From positions 16,310 through 80,309 of the forward strand of contig JAWKXP010000006.1 of NCBI GenBank assembly GCA_041396945.1: a stretch of DNA of 64,000 nt, written 5' to 3'. Position numbers and translations under genes: made by a program. This DNA comes from Sphingomonadaceae bacterium (GTDB lineage Bacteria; Pseudomonadota; Alphaproteobacteria; Sphingomonadales; Sphingomonadaceae). Numbering within the stretch: the first letter of the stretch is position 1; each line of letters begins with the position of its first letter. Of this stretch, positions 10,084-19,618 are shown piece after piece. Below the pieces are notes generated by a model that saw nothing but the letters and a program-made list of their open reading frames with translations, was not told where the DNA came from and searched no databases.

Positions 10084-10099
10084 CGGACTGGTCAGTCCG
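10084..10099. promoter_or_regulatory. Palindromic operator candidate (TetR-like)
   Basis: CGGACTG-GT-CAGTCCG perfect inverted repeat in a divergent promoter region. Confidence 0.5.
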
Positions 10100-10103
10100 A
10101 TTA

Positions 10104-10123
10104 ACCTGCGAAAAAGCACAGGT
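10104..10123. promoter_or_regulatory. lux-box-like site
   Basis: ACCTG-CGAAAAAGCA-CAGGT; same length and 5-bp arms as the canonical lux box. Confidence 0.75.
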
Positions 10124-10177
10124 GCGCGGTTGCCGGTTTGGGCCATCCTGACACGCTCCATAATTATGGTTCGAGAG

Positions 10178-11191
10178 ATGCCCGTGAATCGCCGTTTTCT
10201 TTTGAAGCGCCGCCCGCAAGGCGAGCCAGTTCCCGATGATTTCGCTCTCGTCGAGGAGCCGATTCCTGCGCCGCCACAGGGCGGGTTCGTGGTGCGCAAT
10301 CACTATGCCTCGCTCGATCCGGCGCAGCGCGGCTGGATGTCGGACGAGCCGAGCTACATGCCGCCGATCCCGCTGGGCGATCCGGTGCGCGCGACAACGG
10401 TGGGCGTTGTCCATGCTTCCGACAATCCGGACTTTCCGGAAGGCTCCTGGGTCATGGGCCTTAACGGCATCGAGGAATACTCCGCCGTCACGCCGGGCCA
10501 CTTCGATGCACCGATCGATGTCTCGATGGTGGAATCTCCAGCGAAGTTCCTCTCGGCGATGGGCGCGGTCGGGCTGACCGCCTATTTCGGGCTGATGGAG
10601 GTCGGCAAGCCCAGGGCGGGCGAGACGATCTGCGTCACCGGCGCAGCGGGCGCGGTCGGCTCGGTGGTCGGACAGATCGGCAAGATCCAGGGTTGCCGCG
10701 TCATCGGCATCGCCGGTGGCCCCGAAAAATGCCGCCGCCTGATCGAGGATTATGGCTTCGATGTCGCCATCGACTATCGCGGCAAGGACTTCGAGGCCCT
10801 GCGCGCCGAAATCGCCGAAGCCGCACCCGATGGCATCGACATCGTCTTCGAGAATGTCGGCGGCGAGATCATGGAGGCCGAGGTCTTCAACCTTGCCAAG
10901 AAGGCGCGCATCGTGCTCTGCGGCCTGATCAGCGAATACAACGCGACCGAGCATGTCGGCCTGAAGAACCTGTGGCAGATCCTCGTCAAGGAAGCGACGA
11001 TCCACGGATTCCTCATCATGGACTATGCCCCGCGCTTTGCCGAAGGCGGCGCGGTCGTCGCCGGGTGGATCGCCGAGGGCAAACTGCGGATGGACGAGGA
11101 CATTCAGGAAGGCATAGAAAACGCCTATTCCGCCTTCATGCGGCTGTTTTCCGGCGCGAACACCGGCAAGCTCGTCCTCAAGATCGCCTGA
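10178..11191 (+). CDS. NADP-dependent alkenal/enone reductase (PTGR-like)
   Basis: MPVNRRFLLKRRPQG, SLDPAQRGWM, GAAGAVGS, FENVGG. Confidence 0.9.
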   Translation: MPVNRRFLLKRRPQGEPVPDDFALVEEPIPAPPQGGFVVRNHYASLDPAQRGWMSDEPSYMPPIPLGDPVRATTVGVVHASDNPDFPEGSWVMGLNGIEEYSAVTPGHFDAPIDVSMVESPAKFLSAMGAVGLTAYFGLMEVGKPRAGETICVTGAAGAVGSVVGQIGKIQGCRVIGIAGGPEKCRRLIEDYGFDVAIDYRGKDFEALRAEIAEAAPDGIDIVFENVGGEIMEAEVFNLAKKARIVLCGLISEYNATEHVGLKNLWQILVKEATIHGFLIMDYAPRFAEGGAVVAGWIAEGKLRMDEDIQEGIENAYSAFMRLFSGANTGKLVLKIA

Positions 11192-11904
11192 TGGCGGGGC
11201 GGCTCGAAGGACGCTCGGCGCTGGTCACGGGCGCTGGATCGGGGATCGGCAAGGCCACCGCCGCCCGGCTCGCGGCGGAAGGTGCGCGGGTCTTCACCGT
11301 CGATCTCGCGGGCGAGGTCGACCGTCATGCCGACGTTACCGAACCGGGTATCAACGCCAGCCTGATCGCCGATGTAACTGCGCGCCACGGCGGGCTCGAC
11401 ATCCTCGTGCCCTGCGCCGGAATCTCCGCCTTCTGCGAGCTTGAAGGCCACAGCGACGAATACTTCGATCAGGTCATGGCGGTGAACGTCACCGCCGTCT
11501 TCCGCCTGATCCGCGACGCCGTGCCTGCGCTCAAGCAGTCCGCCTATGGCCGCATCGTCACCATCGGCTCGACCATGGCGCGCTTCGGCGATGCCGGGCT
11601 CGTCGCATATGGCACCTCGAAGCACGCGGTGCTGGGCATGACCCGCTCGGTCGCCTGCGAGCTGGGGGCGTTCGGGATCACCGCCAACTGCCTGCAGCCC
11701 GGCGCCATCGAAACTCCGATGACCGCGCCCGCCTTTACCGAGATGCCCGAGTTCAAGGCCTATTTCGAGCGCAAGGCGGCGCTGGGTAGGCTCGGCCAGC
11801 CCGAAGACATCGCCGACGTCATCGCCTTTCTGTGCAGCGACGATGCGCGCTTCATGACCGGGCAGGGCTTTTTCGTCGATGGCGGGGCAATGACCCGGCA
11901 ATAG
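11191..11904 (+). CDS. SDR oxidoreductase
   Basis: MAGRLEGRSALVTGAGSGIG, YGTSK; TGATG overlap. Confidence 0.9.
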   Translation: MAGRLEGRSALVTGAGSGIGKATAARLAAEGARVFTVDLAGEVDRHADVTEPGINASLIADVTARHGGLDILVPCAGISAFCELEGHSDEYFDQVMAVNVTAVFRLIRDAVPALKQSAYGRIVTIGSTMARFGDAGLVAYGTSKHAVLGMTRSVACELGAFGITANCLQPGAIETPMTAPAFTEMPEFKAYFERKAALGRLGQPEDIADVIAFLCSDDARFMTGQGFFVDGGAMTRQ

Positions 11905-11933
11905 TACGTTATTATCTTGAGAGGAATTACACG

Positions 11934-12968
11934 ATGACCGTCAACCGCAAGGTCGTTCTCGCCAGCCGTCCGGATGGTAACCCCGTCCCAGAAAACTTCC
12001 GCATGGAGGAAGAGCCGAAGCCGCAGATCGAGGACGGGCAGGCGCTGGTCCGCGTGCGCGCGATCTCGATGGAGCCGGCGATCCGCGGCTGGCTCGACGA
12101 TAACGACAAGAATTACTTCGACCCGATCCCCATCGGCGGCACCCTGCGCGCGCTCTCGATCGGGCAGATCGTCGAGTCCAGACTCGAAGGCTACGAACCG
12201 GGCGATTTCGTGCGCGCCATGATCGGCTGGGAGGACTACACCGTCGTCGACAAGGACACGATCCTCCTGCAGAAATTCGATGTCAGCGACGACATGCCGA
12301 TCTCCTACTACGTCGGCGCACTGGGGGGCTCGGGCCTCACGGCTATCGTCGGGCTGGACCAGATCGGCCGGGCCAAGGCGGGCGAGACCGTTGCGATCAG
12401 CGCCACCGTCGGCGCGGTCGGCCACGTCGCCGCGCAGTATGCCAAGCACCTCGGCTGCCGCGTCGTCGGCGTTGCGGGCGGGCCGGAAAAGGCGAAGATC
12501 GCGCGCGAGCTCGGCTGCGATGCGGTGATCGACTACAAGGCGACCGACAACCTCGAAGCCGCCATCGCCGAGGCTGCGCCCGAGGGCATCGACGTCTATT
12601 TCGACGGCGTCGGCGGCGAACTGCTCGATGCGATGCTCAACAACATGAAGACGTTCGGACGGGTGATCTGCTGCGGCATGATCTCGGGCTATAACGACAG
12701 CGACAACCCGCCGCCGCTCTATAACGCCTGGCAGATCGTCGCGCGCGAGCTCGAACTCAAGGGCTTCCTCCTTTACACCTACCACGACAGCCTGCCCGAA
12801 GCGCTCGCCAAGACCAACGCGGGCCTGCGCGAAGGCTGGCTCAAGCCGATCGAGAACAAGCGCGTCGGCCTTGCCAATGCGGCAGAGCTGTTCTGCGAGC
12901 TGATGAGCGGCAAGACCATCGGAAAGTCGGTGCTCGAAATGGACCTGCCCGAGCTGGAGCAGGGCTGA
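11934..12968 (+). CDS. NADP-dependent alkenal/enone reductase (PTGR-like)
   Basis: MTVNRKVVLASRPDG, SATVGAVG, YFDGVGG; SD GAGG. Confidence 0.9.
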   Translation: MTVNRKVVLASRPDGNPVPENFRMEEEPKPQIEDGQALVRVRAISMEPAIRGWLDDNDKNYFDPIPIGGTLRALSIGQIVESRLEGYEPGDFVRAMIGWEDYTVVDKDTILLQKFDVSDDMPISYYVGALGGSGLTAIVGLDQIGRAKAGETVAISATVGAVGHVAAQYAKHLGCRVVGVAGGPEKAKIARELGCDAVIDYKATDNLEAAIAEAAPEGIDVYFDGVGGELLDAMLNNMKTFGRVICCGMISGYNDSDNPPPLYNAWQIVARELELKGFLLYTYHDSLPEALAKTNAGLREGWLKPIENKRVGLANAAELFCELMSGKTIGKSVLEMDLPELEQG

Positions 12969-13474
12969 TGCCCGCCCGCGATCCCGAGATCGAGGCGCTG
13001 CTCGACGAAGCACGGATCACCCGTCTGCTGGGCCGCTATGCGAGCATGACCGACTGGCTGGATTTCTCTGGCGCGGCGGAGATTTTCACCGAGGACGCGC
13101 AGTTCGACTTTGGCGAGATGTTTCGCGGCGACCGGGAGGGTTTCATCCCCTTCGTCACCGCGCTCGAATCGGGCTACGCGCGGCGCATCCACATGTTCGG
13201 CCTGCCGCGCATCGACGTCGATGGCGACAGCGCGCGCGCCGAGTGTCCCTCATTCATCCACGCGCGCACCGCCGGCGATCCGGAGCACACCGACGCGACC
13301 TTCGTCGGGCGCTACATCTTCGACGCGGTGCGCACCGACGCAGGCTGGAAGCTTTCGCGGCTGGCGTTCTACCTGAACGTCCTCACCGTCACCAACCCGC
13401 CTGCGGGCGAAGAAGGTCCGGTGAACCTCGCCGATGGCTGGAACCTGGAGCATCCGGACGCGCCGAAAGGTTGA
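12968..13474 (+). CDS. SnoaL/NTF2-like protein
   Basis: ITRLLGRYASMTD..FTEDA..GRYIFDAVRTDAGWKL. Confidence 0.85.
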   Translation: MPARDPEIEALLDEARITRLLGRYASMTDWLDFSGAAEIFTEDAQFDFGEMFRGDREGFIPFVTALESGYARRIHMFGLPRIDVDGDSARAECPSFIHARTAGDPEHTDATFVGRYIFDAVRTDAGWKLSRLAFYLNVLTVTNPPAGEEGPVNLADGWNLEHPDAPKG

Positions 13475-13492
13475 GACTGATTGTATTTCGCT

Positions 13493-13545
13493 CACAGAGG
13501 CGCAGAGACACAGAGGGTTTGTGCTGTCTCCCCTGTGTCTCTGCG
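13493..13545. repeat. CACAGAG-type palindromic repeat
   Basis: CACAGAG GCGCAGAG ACACAGAG units; CGCAGAGACACAG (13501-13513) inverted to CTGTGTCTCTGCG (13533-13545). Confidence 0.7.
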
Positions 13546-13630
13546 TAATTTGAATCCGAGGGCGCCGCTGGCGCATAATTTGGGTTCAATCAAGCTCCGC
13601 CAATCCCGTTCGGGCTGGACCAGTTTAAAG

Positions 13631-14815
13631 CTAAGCCTTCATCACCGGCATCGGCGTTGCGCCGGTCTCGTCCATGTAGTGCTCAAGCAGCTTGTGGAAG
13701 AACTGGTTCCCCGGCTCGTTGCGGCCGAAGACCTGATGCGTCATCGCGCCGCTTTCCAGTCCGTTCTGGACCTTCATGCCGAGCATGTAGTCTTCCTCCA
13801 GCACCACATTGTAGAAGAAGTCGCACATCTCATCGAGCGCCTGCATGGCTTCTTCGGTCTCGGGCTTTTTCGGGAAGATATAGTTCATCACCGTTACGTT
13901 CCTGTCCGGTGCGGAGCCGGGGAAGAGCTGGGCGAACTGGCACATCTCGGGGGCGAGGAAGAAGGCGAAGTTGGGGAACAGCATGCGGATGAAATCGTAG
14001 CCGTCGTTCTCGCGCGTGCCCCATTCCTCGCGCGGGATATTCTCGAAATCGACGATCGAGTTCTGCGGAAAGGCGATGCGGATGTGCGGGCCGAAAGCGT
14101 CGTAGGCCGCCCGGTTTGAGGGTGAGCGGGTCGCCACCGTTTCGGTATGCGCGGCCTGGAAATGATAGCCTTCGAGATAGCCGTCATAGGCCACCTTCCA
14201 GTTCGCGCCCTCCATCGTGCGCGACTTGTGGTAGTACCAGTTTTCAAGGCTAAGTGCCTCGAAATGCTCGTACATTCCGCCCATCCAGTCCTTCGCGTCG
14301 ATGGGGAGGCCGGGGGTGAGGATCACGAAGATCATGCCCGCCGCCTCGTCGCAGGGCAGCTCGGTCATGTGCAGCGTATCGCGGTCGACATCGCCGAAGG
14401 TGCTCGCCTCGGCAATGCCGAGCAGGGAGCCCTCGTTGTTGTAGGTCCAGCCGTGATAGGGGCAGGCGAACTTGCTGCAATTGCCCTTGCCCTCGGCGAC
14501 AAGGTGCATCGCGCGGTGCTTGCAGACGTTGAGGAAAGCGCGCGCCTTGCCGTCCTTGGCGCGGGTGATGATGACGGGCATGTCCATCACCTGCATCGCC
14601 TTGTAATCGTTCTTCTCGGGCAGCTCGATCGAGAGCGCGAGCATCAGCGGCAGGCGCTTGAACACGCGGTCGACTTCCTGCTTCCAGCGCGCCTCGTCGA
14701 GATAGTTCTCGACCGGCACGCGCATCACGTCGCTGGCCTGATCGGTGGTGCGCTGTTCGACGAAGTTGAGCAGCCGTTCGGCCACGTCGCCGTATTTTTC
14801 GATGAGGTCGGTCAT
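13631..14815 (-). CDS. Rieske oxygenase alpha subunit
   Basis: CKH..CPYH Rieske motif, NWK..EGYHFQAAH, EEDY; start MTDLIEKY. Confidence 0.93.
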   Translation of the reverse strand: MTDLIEKYGDVAERLLNFVEQRTTDQASDVMRVPVENYLDEARWKQEVDRVFKRLPLMLALSIELPEKNDYKAMQVMDMPVIITRAKDGKARAFLNVCKHRAMHLVAEGKGNCSKFACPYHGWTYNNEGSLLGIAEASTFGDVDRDTLHMTELPCDEAAGMIFVILTPGLPIDAKDWMGGMYEHFEALSLENWYYHKSRTMEGANWKVAYDGYLEGYHFQAAHTETVATRSPSNRAAYDAFGPHIRIAFPQNSIVDFENIPREEWGTRENDGYDFIRMLFPNFAFFLAPEMCQFAQLFPGSAPDRNVTVMNYIFPKKPETEEAMQALDEMCDFFYNVVLEEDYMLGMKVQNGLESGAMTHQVFGRNEPGNQFFHKLLEHYMDETGATPMPVMKA

Positions 14816-14828
14816 GGTCCGGTCTCCC

Positions 14829-16226
14829 TTATTTCGCGAGATACTTGTCGAGCACCTGGTGGAAGTGGCGGATGCGCACTTCCTGGTAATCGCCGAGTTC
14901 GACATTCTGGTTTTTCGAGCATTTGAGCCCTTCGTGGGTCAGCTCCATGTTCTCCATGTCCTGATCGACGACGCCGCCGAGCACGCCGAGTTCGGGCGCG
15001 TCGGACCAGCTTTCGTCCTCGGAGAGCATGTGCATCGGCACTCCGGCGGGGCGCGGTTCGCCTTCCTTGACGCGCGCGATCACGCGCACTTCCATCAGGC
15101 AGTGGCCTTCGTCGGGCCATGGCCGCCAGCGATAGACGATGTTCGGCATGAACCCGCCCCAGGGCGCGAAGTTGGGGAAGACGTTATATACCAGCGCGTC
15201 GAGCAGCTCGGATTCGGAAATCTCGCTGTAATCGCCGCCGAACATCTCTTCGGAGGTCTTGCGCATCGCCTCGCCGAGCGCCTGCCGTGCAGTCTTGCCG
15301 CCCGAAAGATCGACGACCTGCTCGTTCTCGCTGTCGTAGTTATCCGCCGAGCGGCCGTTGTATTTGTGGAACTCGTCGACGATCCACTGCTCGTCCTGCT
15401 CCGCGTTTTTGATATGCGGAGAGATGACGCCAAACGGCGTGTAGTTCACGTTCACATGATCGCCGAGGACATGGTATGCGGCGTTCGCATCGCCGGTGAA
15501 GGGCATCAGCTGCGGGTGCGTGAGGAAGGCGTGGTAGCTTTCCATGAAGGCTTCCATCGTGATCTTCCAGTTGGCCTTCACAACCTTGCCGACCCAGGCG
15601 ACGGTGACGCAGTCCTCGTGCTTCCAGCGCTTGAAGAATTCGGGCAGCGGGTCGAGGAATTCCTCGATCGTCGGGCCTTCGGGATTGTCGCGCACGAAGA
15701 TGTAACCGCCCCATTGCGCGAGGCTGGCTTCTGGCAGTTGCAGTTTCTCATCGCTGAGGTGGCCGAAATCCCAGCGGCAGGGAATGTCGCGCAGGCTCCC
15801 GTCGGTGTTCCAGGCAAAGCCGTGGAACGGGCAGACGAACTGGTCCTCGTTGCCGCTGTCGGTCTTCAACTTGCGCCCGCGATGCAGGCAGACGTTGTGG
15901 AATGCCTTGAGCGAGCCGTCCTGCTGGCGAACGAGGAGGTAGGATCGCCCGGCGTTCTCGTAAGTGACATAGTCGCCCGGCTCGGGCAGGTCTTCCTCGC
16001 GCGCGGCGAACTGCCAGACGTTGGGCCACATCTTTTCGTTTTCGAGGCGGAAGAATTCGGGGTCGTAGTAGCGCGAGGCGTCGACGGGTTCGGAGCCAAG
16101 GTACTGGTAGCGTTCCTCTGCGACGAATGCGGGCGGCTGGATATCGTCGGCGGCAAGGATCTCCTGCCAGCCCGGCCCGGGGCAGCGGGCGGTGGAGAGT
16201 GCTTCGTTCGAATCGTAATCGGCCAT
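14829..16226 (-). CDS. Rieske oxygenase alpha subunit
   Basis: CLH..CPFH, NWK..ESYHAFLTH, DQD. Confidence 0.93.
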   Translation of the reverse strand: MADYDSNEALSTARCPGPGWQEILAADDIQPPAFVAEERYQYLGSEPVDASRYYDPEFFRLENEKMWPNVWQFAAREEDLPEPGDYVTYENAGRSYLLVRQQDGSLKAFHNVCLHRGRKLKTDSGNEDQFVCPFHGFAWNTDGSLRDIPCRWDFGHLSDEKLQLPEASLAQWGGYIFVRDNPEGPTIEEFLDPLPEFFKRWKHEDCVTVAWVGKVVKANWKITMEAFMESYHAFLTHPQLMPFTGDANAAYHVLGDHVNVNYTPFGVISPHIKNAEQDEQWIVDEFHKYNGRSADNYDSENEQVVDLSGGKTARQALGEAMRKTSEEMFGGDYSEISESELLDALVYNVFPNFAPWGGFMPNIVYRWRPWPDEGHCLMEVRVIARVKEGEPRPAGVPMHMLSEDESWSDAPELGVLGGVVDQDMENMELTHEGLKCSKNQNVELGDYQEVRIRHFHQVLDKYLAK

Positions 16227-16311
16227 GACGCATCCCTTTTCGTGATTGCGCCAAGTTTCTCACAGCCGTGGTTTCAGTGTTTGATCGAGGTCAAGTTTGG
16301 GCCGCCCAAGC

Positions 16312-16331
16312 CCCTCGCCTTTTGGATAGGA
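16312..16331. promoter_or_regulatory. lux-box-like site
   Basis: CCCT-CGCCTTTTGGAT-AGGA, upstream of the Rieske gene pair. Confidence 0.65.
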
Positions 16332-16341
16332 TCGGGGCGTT

Positions 16342-16361
16342 TCCTCGCCTTTTTGACAGGC
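16342..16361. promoter_or_regulatory. lux-box-like site
   Basis: TCCT-CGCCTTTTTGAC-AGGC; near copy of the previous box, 30 bp away. Confidence 0.65.
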
Positions 16362-16372
16362 CCGGACGTGCG

Positions 16373-16399
16373 AAACGGCGAGCCTTGCGGCCCGCCGTT
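16373..16399 (-). terminator. Terminator-like hairpin
   Basis: Minus strand AACGGCGGGCC-GCAA-GGCTCGCCGTTT downstream of SDR; weak U-tract. Confidence 0.55.
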
Positions 16400-16421
16400 C
16401 CGGTTGCCTGACTGGCAAAAA

Positions 16422-17183
16422 TCAGAACTGGACGCGCTTGGTCAGACCGGAATCGACCACGATATTCGCGCCGGTCATCGTCTTGCAGGCGGGCGAGGCG
16501 ACGAAGGCGATGGTCTTGGCCATGTCCTCGCCAGAGGTCATCGCGCCGAGGGGAAGCTGGCTGAAGATCGAATCGTAAAGCTCTGCTGCGTGCTCCTTGA
16601 TCTGCGGCCAGGGGCCATCTTCGGTCCAGACCGGGCCGGGGGTGATGCAGTTGCAGCGGATTTTGTCGGCGGCGAGCGTCTGCGCCTGTGCGGCGGAGTA
16701 GTTGATCACGGCGGCCTTCAATGCGTTGTACGGCTGGACGCCCATGAATTCCTCGACCGCGCCGGTCGAGCTCATGCAGATCACCGAGCCGTTGTCGGAC
16801 TCTTTGAGCATCGGCAGCGCGGCGGCAATGCCGCGGCGCATCGGCAGGATGTCGGTGTCGAGCACCTTCTGCCAGGCTTCGTCGGTGTCTTCGCCCGGAT
16901 TGATCGAGGTGAAGCTGATGAAGATGTCGCAGCCACCGAGCACCTTGCCCGCGCGCTCAACGAAAGCGGGGACGGCTTCGGGCTCGGTCACGTCGACGGG
17001 CTCGGCGAAGCTCTTGACCGAACGTTTGGCGAGTTCCTTGGCGATCTTGTCGACCTTTTCCTGGCTGCGACCGCAGACCGCGACATGGCAGCCTTCGTCG
17101 GCCAGCACGTGGGCAACCGCCCGGCCAATGCCGCCGTTTGCGCCAACGAGAATTGCCTTGAGGCCTTTCAGTCCGAGATCCAT
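16422..17183 (-). CDS. SDR oxidoreductase
   Basis: MDLGLKGLKAILVGANGGIG, YNALK; SD GAGGAG; paralogue of 63237..63998. Confidence 0.9.
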   Translation of the reverse strand: MDLGLKGLKAILVGANGGIGRAVAHVLADEGCHVAVCGRSQEKVDKIAKELAKRSVKSFAEPVDVTEPEAVPAFVERAGKVLGGCDIFISFTSINPGEDTDEAWQKVLDTDILPMRRGIAAALPMLKESDNGSVICMSSTGAVEEFMGVQPYNALKAAVINYSAAQAQTLAADKIRCNCITPGPVWTEDGPWPQIKEHAAELYDSIFSQLPLGAMTSGEDMAKTIAFVASPACKTMTGANIVVDSGLTKRVQF

Positions 17184-17249
17184 GTCTTGCTCCTCATCCT
17201 TTGGGGAATTTGTGATGCTGCAACCCTGCCGGGGCGGTGGCGGGGACTC

Positions 17250-17269
17250 CACTGCCTTTTTGAACAGGA
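17250..17269. promoter_or_regulatory. lux-box-like site (bidirectional)
   Basis: CACT-GCCTTTTTGAAC-AGGA; TAGCCC (+, 17291) and CAGGGT (-, 17228) both 31.5 bp from centre. Confidence 0.65.
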
Positions 17270-17323
17270 CTTGCCGCGCCGCTACCATGCTAGCCCATGA
17301 CGAAACAGATGGGAGAGCATCCG

Positions 17324-18130
17324 ATGGGACGCCTTGAAGGCAAGACCGCCGTAATCGTCGGCGCGAGCAGCGAAGACAACATGGGCCAGTGCATGGCGCG
17401 CCGCTTCATGGAAGAGGGCGCGAAGGTGCTCGTCTCGGGCCGAAAAGCCGATGTGCTGGAGAAATTCGCGAGCGAGACCGGCTGCGAGTGGGAGGCCTGC
17501 GACCTCACCGACGAAGCTTCGGTCAAGGCGCTGGCCGAGGCGGCGGACGCGAAGCTTGGCGGGATCGACATTGCCGTCAACGCCACCGGCTGGGGGCTGC
17601 TCAAGCCGTTCATGGAGAACACGCGCGAAGAGCTTGAGGCGATGACGGCGTTGCAGTTCATCGGGCCGTTCCAGTTCTATCAGGCGATGATCGGCAAGAT
17701 GGCGACGAGCAAAGGCGGTCGCGGAGGTTCGATCATCCAGATCAGTTCGGCGACGGCGGTGATCATGCTCAACGATCACGCGGCATACATGGGCACCAAG
17801 GCGGGCGCGGACCATGTGATCCGCTGCGTCGCGCACGAGTTCGGCATGGAAGGCATCCGCGCCAACTCGATCTCGCCGGGGCTGACCGACACGCCAATGA
17901 CCGCCGAGGCCAAGCAGGTGCCCGGCCTGTTCGATTCGTTCCTCAAGGGCTATCCGATGGGCCGCATCAATACCTCCGAAGACATCGCCGCCGCCGCCGT
18001 CTTCGTCGCCAGCGACGAATGCTACATGACCGGTGAGAACCTGCAGGTGAACGGCGGCCTGACCCTGCGCCGCAACCCGATGAACAGCGAGATTGCAGAG
18101 GCTGTGAAGGCGGCATCGAAAGGCAACTGA
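17324..18130 (+). CDS. SDR oxidoreductase
   Basis: MGRLEGKTAVIVGASSEDNMG, YMGTK. Confidence 0.88.
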   Translation: MGRLEGKTAVIVGASSEDNMGQCMARRFMEEGAKVLVSGRKADVLEKFASETGCEWEACDLTDEASVKALAEAADAKLGGIDIAVNATGWGLLKPFMENTREELEAMTALQFIGPFQFYQAMIGKMATSKGGRGGSIIQISSATAVIMLNDHAAYMGTKAGADHVIRCVAHEFGMEGIRANSISPGLTDTPMTAEAKQVPGLFDSFLKGYPMGRINTSEDIAAAAVFVASDECYMTGENLQVNGGLTLRRNPMNSEIAEAVKAASKGN

Positions 18131-19596
18131 TGGCCGAAATTCCCGAAACCGTATCGCCCGGCGATGTCGCCCAATGGGACCGCGAGGTCGATGTCGTCGT
18201 TGCCGGGCAGGGCATTGCCGGGACCTGCGCCGCGCTTGAGGCGCACCGCGCCGGGGCGGAGGTGCTGATTGTCGAGCGCGCTTCGGGCGGGGGCGGGGCA
18301 TCGGCGCTGTCATCGGGCATCATCTACCTCGGCGGCGGCACCGAGGTGCAGAGGGTCAACGGCTACGAGGACACCGCCGATGAAATGGCGAAGTTTCTCA
18401 TGGCTTCATGCGACCCGCTCGATCCCAACGCGGCGCAGGCCTTTGCCCGCGATTCCAAGGCCCATTTCGACTGGCTCGAAACGCAGGGTGTGCCGTTCGA
18501 GCGCAGCTACTTTCCCGGAAAGGCGGTTTACCTGCTGACGACCGAATGCCTGATGTGGACCGGCAACGAAAAGGCCTGGCCCTTTTGCGAAATCGCAAAG
18601 CCTGCCCCGCGCGGGCACAAGGTTGCGGGCGAAGGCGAGAATGCCGGGGCCGAAGCGATGAAGCCGCTGCTCCAGCGCTGCGAGGACGAGGCCATCCCGG
18701 CGATCTACGATTCCGCCGTCACCGCGCTAGTGCAGGGCGATGACGGGCGGGTGGTCGGCGTGCGCGTCAAACAGCCGGGCGGGGTGGAGCTGTTCGTCAA
18801 GGCGCGGCGCGGCGTGATCGTCGCCTGCGGCAGCCACAATCTGGCGACCGACCTGCTTGAGGAGCATTTGCCGCTGCTCTCGGAAACCTCCGAACCGCTG
18901 GCGATCCCGAGCAATGATGGCGCGGGCGTGCGGCTCGGCATCTCGGCGGGCGCGCAAGCGGTGGACATGGACGGGGTGATCCCGACCGCCTCGATCTATC
19001 CGCCGGGCCAGCTCATCAAGGGCATCATCGTCAATGCCAACGGCCAGCGGTTTGTCGCCGAGGACGTCTATCACGGGCGGCTCGCGAACTTCGTGATGGA
19101 GCAGCCGGGGCAAACCGCCTACCTGATCGTCGACAACGACGTGTTCGCCTATCCCGAAATCCCCTCGGCCAACCACACGCTGGTCGATGGCTGGGAGACG
19201 ATCGAGGAAATGGAAGCAGGGCTGGACCTGCCGACCGGATCGCTGGTGGCGACAATGGCCGAGTACAACGCCGATGCGGCGGCGGGCGAGGACCGGCGGT
19301 TTCACAAGCAGGCCGACTGGCTCAAGCCGCTCGATGCCGGGCCATACGCAGCCTTCGACATCAGCTTCAACAAGTCGACCTATCTCTTCATCACGCTCGG
19401 CGGGATCAAGACCGATGCCGACGGCAAAGCGCTCGACCTTTATGCCAAGGCAATCCCCGGCCTTTACGTCGTCGGCGCAAGCGCGGCGCATATCCCGCGC
19501 GACGGCAAGTCCTACGCCAGCGGCCTGAGCCTTGGCCCCGGCAGCTATTTCGGCAGGCGCGCCGGGCGGCATGCGGCGGGCGCGAACTGGGGGTAA
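18130..19596 (+). CDS. FAD-dependent oxidoreductase, 3-ketosteroid delta4-(5alpha)-dehydrogenase-like
   Basis: GQGIAG, GGGGASALSSG, RFVAEDVY, TLGG, C-terminal YASGLSLG. Confidence 0.8.
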   Translation: MAEIPETVSPGDVAQWDREVDVVVAGQGIAGTCAALEAHRAGAEVLIVERASGGGGASALSSGIIYLGGGTEVQRVNGYEDTADEMAKFLMASCDPLDPNAAQAFARDSKAHFDWLETQGVPFERSYFPGKAVYLLTTECLMWTGNEKAWPFCEIAKPAPRGHKVAGEGENAGAEAMKPLLQRCEDEAIPAIYDSAVTALVQGDDGRVVGVRVKQPGGVELFVKARRGVIVACGSHNLATDLLEEHLPLLSETSEPLAIPSNDGAGVRLGISAGAQAVDMDGVIPTASIYPPGQLIKGIIVNANGQRFVAEDVYHGRLANFVMEQPGQTAYLIVDNDVFAYPEIPSANHTLVDGWETIEEMEAGLDLPTGSLVATMAEYNADAAAGEDRRFHKQADWLKPLDAGPYAAFDISFNKSTYLFITLGGIKTDADGKALDLYAKAIPGLYVVGASAAHIPRDGKSYASGLSLGPGSYFGRRAGRHAAGANWG

Positions 19597-19597
19597 C

Positions 19598-19618
19598 TCC
19601 TCCCCGTTCCGGGGAGGA
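19598..19618. repeat. Single hairpin of the CIR-like repeat family / possible terminator
   Basis: TCCTCCCCG-TTC-CGGGGAGGA between convergent genes. Confidence 0.55.

Noticed and set aside
10016-11005. 330-aa N-terminal extension of the TBDR in the ORF track
   Set aside because: Overlaps the opposite-strand reductase; signal peptide and SD place the start at 10015
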